From Vulcanimicrobiota bacterium (GTDB taxonomy: Bacteria > Vulcanimicrobiota > Vulcanimicrobiia > Vulcanimicrobiales > Vulcanimicrobiaceae): a DNA stretch of 64,000 nucleotides. Of the stretch, positions 58,966 to 64,000 are shown in pieces. Every line of letters starts with the position of its first letter. Positions within the stretch are counted from its first letter, which is position 1. The stretch spans positions 608,001 to 672,000 of the forward strand of contig OY970223.1 of assembly GCA_963714015.1 (NCBI GenBank). Direction: 5' to 3'. Under the pieces are notes generated by a model. The model did no database searches and had not been told where the DNA came from. It worked only from the letters and a program-made list of their open reading frames with translations. Both the position numbers and the translations under genes were made by a program.

Positions 58966-60213
58966 GCGCGAAAGCGTCGCAGCGGCGGTTCGCCTCTCGT
59001 CTCGCAGCTCGAGCGCCACGGCCGCGGCATACGCATCCGAGGGTGAGCGCTGTTCCGACGACATCGCGCGATCGATCGCGGCGTCGTTCATAAAAGCGCA
59101 GACGACCAAATGCTGCCGGCACAGCGTGCCGATTTGCGCGAGCACCGAACTTTGGGCCGCCGGATCCACCATGTCCGTAAAGAAGATGACCAGGCTGCGT
59201 TTACGGACGTGCGCTCGAACGTACGCAAAGGCGCGGTCGTAGTCGGACTCTTCAAACGCGGGCTCGACGTCGTAGAGTTCTTCGGCAATACGCGAGAGCG
59301 ATTTGCCCGCTGCCCGCGGCGCGAACGCGCGCCGGATCTCGCGCGAAAAAGCGACGACGCCGACCTTGTCGTTCGCCAGGCTTGCGATCGAAGCAACGGA
59401 GAGCGCGGCCGTGACGGCATAATCGAACTTACGCTGATTACCGACGCGCGGCGTCATGAGGCGCCCCGCGTCCAGCAGAATCATTACGTTCTGGCTGCGC
59501 TCCACTTCGTATTGCGCAACCATGAGGCGGCCGCGGCGAGCGGTGGCTTTCCAATTGATCGCTCGAAACGCGTCTCCGGTTGTGAATTCCCGCACGCTCT
59601 CCGGCTCGGTTCCGGAGCCGCGCAGCCGCATTTTGCGCAGACCGCTTTCGATCAAACGATTGCGAACGTGCAGCGTGCCGTAGCGCTCAACTGCAGAAAG
59701 GTCCGGATAGACGCGGATCGGCAACGGCAGCGAGCGCCGTACGCGCCGCCTGATCAGGCCGATGGGATTCTCGAACCACACGAAGAGCTCGTCCAAGCCG
59801 GCGCTGCCGCGCGCCACCGGCGTTACGGGCCGCTCCAAAAGCACTTCGCTTTTTGCCGGGACGTAAGCACGCAGCTCGTCGGCGTCGTAGTTCAGCAGCG
59901 GTACCGGCGCCTCCAAGACGCCGATGCGCACCGCCGCTGCGCTTTCGTTGCGGACTCGATAGGCGATCTGTGCGGAACGCCGCAGCGAGAAGGGCTCGGG
60001 CGCAACGCGTTCGATGCGCAGACGCCGCCCCGGCGGACCGATTGCCGCATCGGCGATCGCGCAGATCGCCGTCGCGCCGGCCGCAGCATAGGCAAGCCAC
60101 AAAAGCGGAGGCGCTGCTGCACCCGCGGCAAGCAATACGGCAATCGCCGCGATGCACCAATACGCGCGCGGAGAAGGCCAGGCCGGCACTCTCAGGCGAT
60201 CAGCTCGTTTCAC
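58873..60213 (-). CDS. DUF58 domain protein
   Basis: GSGTEPESVREFTTGD..RAINWKATAR, LLDAGRLM, IFFTD. Confidence 0.92.
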   Translation of the reverse strand: MKRADRLRVPAWPSPRAYWCIAAIAVLLAAGAAAPPLLWLAYAAAGATAICAIADAAIGPPGRRLRIERVAPEPFSLRRSAQIAYRVRNESAAAVRIGVLEAPVPLLNYDADELRAYVPAKSEVLLERPVTPVARGSAGLDELFVWFENPIGLIRRRVRRSLPLPIRVYPDLSAVERYGTLHVRNRLIESGLRKMRLRGSGTEPESVREFTTGDAFRAINWKATARRGRLMVAQYEVERSQNVMILLDAGRLMTPRVGNQRKFDYAVTAALSVASIASLANDKVGVVAFSREIRRAFAPRAAGKSLSRIAEELYDVEPAFEESDYDRAFAYVRAHVRKRSLVIFFTDMVDPAAQSSVLAQIGTLCRQHLVVCAFMNDAAIDRAMSSEQRSPSDAYAAAVALELRDERRTAAATLSRLGVQVIDVPAGDLTTALIDRYLRIKQRALL

Positions 60214-61162
60214 GCGGAACCGGAACGCTCAGCAGAATCTCGTCGACCACGGCGCTCGCGCGCAATCCATCGATCTCCGCTTGCGGCTGCACGATGAGCC
60301 GATGTCCAAGCACGAGCGGTGCGATATTCTTGACGTCGTCGGGCGTTGCATAATCGCGAGCGTCGATTGCGGCCGCTGCTTGCGCCGCAACCAGAAGCGA
60401 AACGCCCGCGCGAGGACTCGCACCCAAAGACAGCCGGCGATGCGCACGCGTGGCTTCGACCACGTCCAAGACATAGCGCTGCACCGGGACGGAAACGTGC
60501 ACCCGGCGCACTTGCGCCTGCGCGAGTTCGATGTCTTCGGTGGAGGCAACCGGCGCAATCTCGCCGGGCTCGACGGCACGCGCGTCAAAGCCGCCGGCAA
60601 CTCGCGCCAACAGCTCCAATTCGTGCTCGCGGCTCGGATAACCGGATTCTATCTTCACCAGAAAGCGATCGAGCTGAGCTTCAGGAAGCGGATACGTGCC
60701 TTCGTATTCGATCGGATTCTGCGTGGCGCAGACGAAGAAGGGACGGGGCAGCGCGAACAGCGTTCCGTCGATGGTGACGTGACCTTCCTCCATCGCTTCG
60801 AGCAGCGCCGACTGCGTTTTCGGCGGCGTGCGGTTAATCTCGTCGGCGAGCAGGACGTTGGTCATCACCGGTCCCGTTCGCGTCGAAAATTGGGCGGTTT
60901 GCGGGTTGAACACCGTCGTGCCGGTCAAATCGGCCGGTACCAAATCCGGCGTGAACTGCACGCGCCGGTATTGCGCGCGAACGAGCGCCGCAAATGCGCG
61001 AACGGTGAGCGTTTTACCCGTTCCCGGAACGCCTTCGAGGAGTGCGTGACCTCGGCTAAAGAGCGCGACGAGCAGCGCGAACAACGTTCGCTCGCCGCCC
61101 ACGACGATGCCGTTCATCGCCTCGCCGATGCGCGCAGAAAGCTCCTCGGCGGAAGCGCTCAC
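60200..61162 (-). CDS. MoxR family AAA+ ATPase
   Basis: GHALLEGVPGTGKT, RVQFTPDL, LADEINRTPPKTQSALLEAM, ATQNPIEYEGTYPLPEAQLDRF. Confidence 0.96.
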   Translation of the reverse strand: MSASAEELSARIGEAMNGIVVGGERTLFALLVALFSRGHALLEGVPGTGKTLTVRAFAALVRAQYRRVQFTPDLVPADLTGTTVFNPQTAQFSTRTGPVMTNVLLADEINRTPPKTQSALLEAMEEGHVTIDGTLFALPRPFFVCATQNPIEYEGTYPLPEAQLDRFLVKIESGYPSREHELELLARVAGGFDARAVEPGEIAPVASTEDIELAQAQVRRVHVSVPVQRYVLDVVEATRAHRRLSLGASPRAGVSLLVAAQAAAAIDARDYATPDDVKNIAPLVLGHRLIVQPQAEIDGLRASAVVDEILLSVPVPRETS

Positions 61163-62232
61163 GTTCCATACTCCTTCTGCACGCAGGCAAAAATGCGGCC
61201 GGCGGCGGCAACGTCCTCCGCACGCGGATCGTACACTTCTTGCAGCGCTCGAGCCTGCGACGCCAGCGTTCGCGCTTTTTCGTCGCCTTGAGCGAGCGGC
61301 GTCACGACCGCCAAAGCATAGCGGCAAAGCCGCCGAATGACGTCGCGCCGCGCGCCGCCGCGCTCGAGCATACGGGAAAGCGAGGAGATATACTCACCGG
61401 AGTCGCGCTCGCCCGCAGAGCGTATTTCATACGGCGGTGCGAACGGCAGATTTTCCCCGGTGACGGCGACGAGGACCGCGGCGCAGGCAAGCAGGATTGC
61501 CCATTGCATCGCAAACGGCAGCACGCTCCAGAAGCTCTTTCCGGCCGCGTGTCCGTAGATACGCTCTTCGAACGCCACCGGACCGCCGCCTGAAAAGAGC
61601 GCATACGCGAATGCCGCATTGTCGCGCTTAGCCAGATGGGCGTTGTCGAAGATCGACGGCGAAGCGATCCACACGATCGTCCCGCGGCCGTGAACGAATG
61701 CGGCGCCTACGGCATACCGCCCGGAAACGAGCAGCGACGAACGTTTGGAAGTGCAGCCGCGAGGCAGACCGGCACCGAAATCGCCGGCGACTCGGAGCAT
61801 TCGCGTTCGGCCTGCCATGCCGCATGCGGCGTACCCGGACGCACCTTTGAGTGAAGCCGCTCGAGGCAAGCCGAAGTCGTTCGGAGCGAAGCTCCCCAGC
61901 ACGAGCAGTCTACCGCCGGCGCGGATCCAATCATCGATCGCCCGGCGCTGTTGTTTGCCGCCGGCCAGTGCATCGATCTCGCCGTCTCCGGCGACGGCCA
62001 GCGTCCCATGCTGCGCGAAAAGCTGCGTCAACGGCGTTTCGAAGCGGCCAACCGCGATCTTTTCACGTGCGAGCAGCGAGTAGAGCGCCGCGTAGCCGGA
62101 CTGGCCGGTATCGTAAGTGGACGGCACGGACGGGCTTTGCGTCGAAATGGAAGCGCGCAGCAAAGCCAAAACGGCAAGGACAATTACGGCGACCGTGAGA
62201 GCGGCGACGTCGCCGCGGGACTTACGCTGCAT
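61159..62232 (-). CDS. DUF4350 domain protein
   Basis: N-terminal TM, PSTYDTGQSGYAALY, WIRAGGRLLV, GRGTIV, FDNAHL...NAAFA; canonical position next to MoxR. Confidence 0.8.
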   Translation of the reverse strand: MQRKSRGDVAALTVAVIVLAVLALLRASISTQSPSVPSTYDTGQSGYAALYSLLAREKIAVGRFETPLTQLFAQHGTLAVAGDGEIDALAGGKQQRRAIDDWIRAGGRLLVLGSFAPNDFGLPRAASLKGASGYAACGMAGRTRMLRVAGDFGAGLPRGCTSKRSSLLVSGRYAVGAAFVHGRGTIVWIASPSIFDNAHLAKRDNAAFAYALFSGGGPVAFEERIYGHAAGKSFWSVLPFAMQWAILLACAAVLVAVTGENLPFAPPYEIRSAGERDSGEYISSLSRMLERGGARRDVIRRLCRYALAVVTPLAQGDEKARTLASQARALQEVYDPRAEDVAAAGRIFACVQKEYGT

Positions 62233-62884
62233 CGACCGCGTGGGGCGCAAGCTGTGCGTACGCCCGTCGCGCTTCGAGCCAAGACTCCCGGCTTACCGGC
62301 GTGTCCGCGTACAGAACGTCGCTGAAGATCCGGGCGAGTGCATCGAACGGGGCGATGAATTGCTGCTCGCCGCGGCCTATTTGCCGGCGGCATTCGTTGA
62401 CGGTGAAGCTTGGATCGTCGTGAACGACTCCGCGTACGTCGAGCGCCGCCAGGGAAGCGCGAAAAAGCAGCGTCACTGCAAGGGCGTAGCGGCCGTTCGC
62501 CTCGGCGGTCACACTCTGCTGATACAGAGTGCGCGCCGTGAGTCGCCCGGCGATTGGAACCGCCGCTGCAGCATCGCTGCGTTCTCGCGCATAAAGCGAG
62601 AGCAGCCGGACGAGGACCGCAATGACCAATATCGCGGCTGCCGCGACCAGTAAATCGCCGAAAAGAACGCTCACACCGGGTGCAACGTGGACGTTGTGGC
62701 CGAACGCTTGAACGAAACGGTCCCATTCCCCGCCCAGCCAGTTTCCCAGGCGATCCCACCAAGTCGTTTGCTGCAGCGGGTTCCGGTGCGCAAAACGCCG
62801 TTCGGCGAGAATGAGGCGCGCAGCCGCGCGCGGATCGATCGGAGGCGCGTTCGCGCCGAATGCTGGAAGACCCGCGAGGGTCAC
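62222..62884 (-). CDS. DUF4129 domain protein
   Basis: One TM, then AEANGRYALAV..LFRASL...PSFTVNE...FSDVLYA. Confidence 0.75.
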   Translation of the reverse strand: MTLAGLPAFGANAPPIDPRAAARLILAERRFAHRNPLQQTTWWDRLGNWLGGEWDRFVQAFGHNVHVAPGVSVLFGDLLVAAAAILVIAVLVRLLSLYARERSDAAAAVPIAGRLTARTLYQQSVTAEANGRYALAVTLLFRASLAALDVRGVVHDDPSFTVNECRRQIGRGEQQFIAPFDALARIFSDVLYADTPVSRESWLEARRAYAQLAPHAVDAA

Positions 62885-63822
62885 GTTTGCGGCGTCGTCT
62901 GCAGAGCGTCGATCTGCGCGTGTAGATCCAATCCTTCGAAACGGATGCGAACGTCGTAGTAGTAGACGGCTATGAGCACGCCCATGAAGCCCGTCGCTAT
63001 CAGCGAGAGCACCGCTTGAAACACCTGAACGATCAGCAGTTGGTGCGTCGCGCCGAGCGCTAAACTGACGGCGCCCGACAACAGCATCAGCGCTATCTCG
63101 AGCGCGACGAAGACGAGGCAAATCAGCGCGCTGCGTCCCAGCTCGCGCCGGTTGAAGACTCGCGCGAACGACGCGCGAAGGGCGCTGCCGAAAGACATCT
63201 CCTCGATGCCGATTGCCTGAAACGCGAGCGCCATCGCCAAATAGCACAGCATGAACACGATGACGTACGCGAGCGCGAGAGGAAGCAGCAGCACGATCAA
63301 TAGAATGCCCACCGCGGGCTGAACTTGCACCACAACTGCCGCTATGCCGCCGCCGATGCCGAAGACGATAGCACCGCCGAGCACTACGGCGATGTAAACG
63401 AACACCGCCGTCAACACCAGCATCAGAATGGCCCCGGCATGGCGAAGCGCCACCGCGTACGCTTCTTTCCAATCGCTCGTCCGGGACGCGTACAGTTGCC
63501 CAACTGCGGATCCTATCGCCACGTACATGAACGGTGTAAGCAGCAGCGACGCCACGATCACCAAAAAGTACCAGGGTGCGATAGCGGGAAACGCCTGCGA
63601 GGCAGGCGTGGGGTGCTGAACTTGCTTGAGTATGCTTTCCAGCGCTCCCGCCGAACCCAATGCCGCGAAATATCCGGCGATCGCTACCGGAATCGTCACG
63701 AACGCAGCGATGATGCAAAACATCACGAAGTTGCGAACGAAGATTGTTACCGCTCGATCGACGATCTCCCCGATACCGAGAGGACGCAGGTCGAAGCTCT
63801 GGGCAGGTTCCGATGCCGTCAT
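62881..63822 (-). CDS. Polytopic membrane protein of the MoxR cluster
   Basis: LRPLGIGEIVDRAV N-terminal motif, about six TMs, C-terminal YYYDVRIRFEGLDL. Confidence 0.8.
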   Translation of the reverse strand: MTASEPAQSFDLRPLGIGEIVDRAVTIFVRNFVMFCIIAAFVTIPVAIAGYFAALGSAGALESILKQVQHPTPASQAFPAIAPWYFLVIVASLLLTPFMYVAIGSAVGQLYASRTSDWKEAYAVALRHAGAILMLVLTAVFVYIAVVLGGAIVFGIGGGIAAVVVQVQPAVGILLIVLLLPLALAYVIVFMLCYLAMALAFQAIGIEEMSFGSALRASFARVFNRRELGRSALICLVFVALEIALMLLSGAVSLALGATHQLLIVQVFQAVLSLIATGFMGVLIAVYYYDVRIRFEGLDLHAQIDALQTTPQT

Positions 63823-64000
63823 ATCAGCGATGACTCCATTGCGTCGAGCGAAGTATCGGGATCGGATGCTTCGCGCCGAATGCGAATATCGAAATAATAG
63901 AGCGAGGCGCCGCAAAGCGGAAGCAATGCTCCCAAACGCGCGCCGGTTGCGAAAGCAACGTAATCGCGCGATTGAAAATCTCGCCGATCCCTAAAGGACG
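63819..64000 (-). pseudogene. Internally deleted remnant paralog of the adjacent membrane protein
   Basis: RPLGIGEIFNRAITL (from 64000) and, in another frame about 20 codons later, LYYFDIRIRREASDPDTSLDAMESSLI*, matching both ends of the 62881..63822 product. Confidence 0.6.

Overview
GC-rich bacterial chromosomal window made up almost entirely of housekeeping and metabolic genes. Gene content and style suggest a diderm soil bacterium, possibly Candidatus Eremiobacterota; this is inference only. I found no rRNA, tRNA, CRISPR array, integrase or transposase. Main blocks in order: an alpha-2-macroglobulin-like gene running off the left edge; FAH plus split pntA/pntB; a peptide-binding lipoprotein plus class-V PLP enzyme, divergent from lrp-kdd-kamA; P450/SUI1/LOG; a 1414-aa 2-oxoglutarate dehydrogenase fusing two lipoyl domains, E3-binding domain, E2 and E1, next to a GltC-like LysR that shares a 17-bp upstream motif with it; a Tat DsrE-like / TsdA-like / YeiH sulfur module; rmuC; ftsE-ftsX-[PAS kinase, REC-GGDEF]-M23-lipoprotein-two S41 peptidases; rne; rodA and minC-minD-minD-minE with an upstream DnaA box; a TonB-dependent receptor with wHTH and AraC regulators; and a MoxR/DUF58/DUF4350/DUF4129/SpoIIM/RDD cluster. 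Six genes carry apparent single-base insertions, most likely sequencing errors. The best candidates for under-described biology are the self-lipoylated one-chain OGDH with its putative LysR operator, the c-di-GMP signalling pair inside the ftsEX-hydrolase operon, the tandem MinD pair, and the TsdA/DsrE/YeiH module. Family assignments come from motif recognition by eye, not from database searches.
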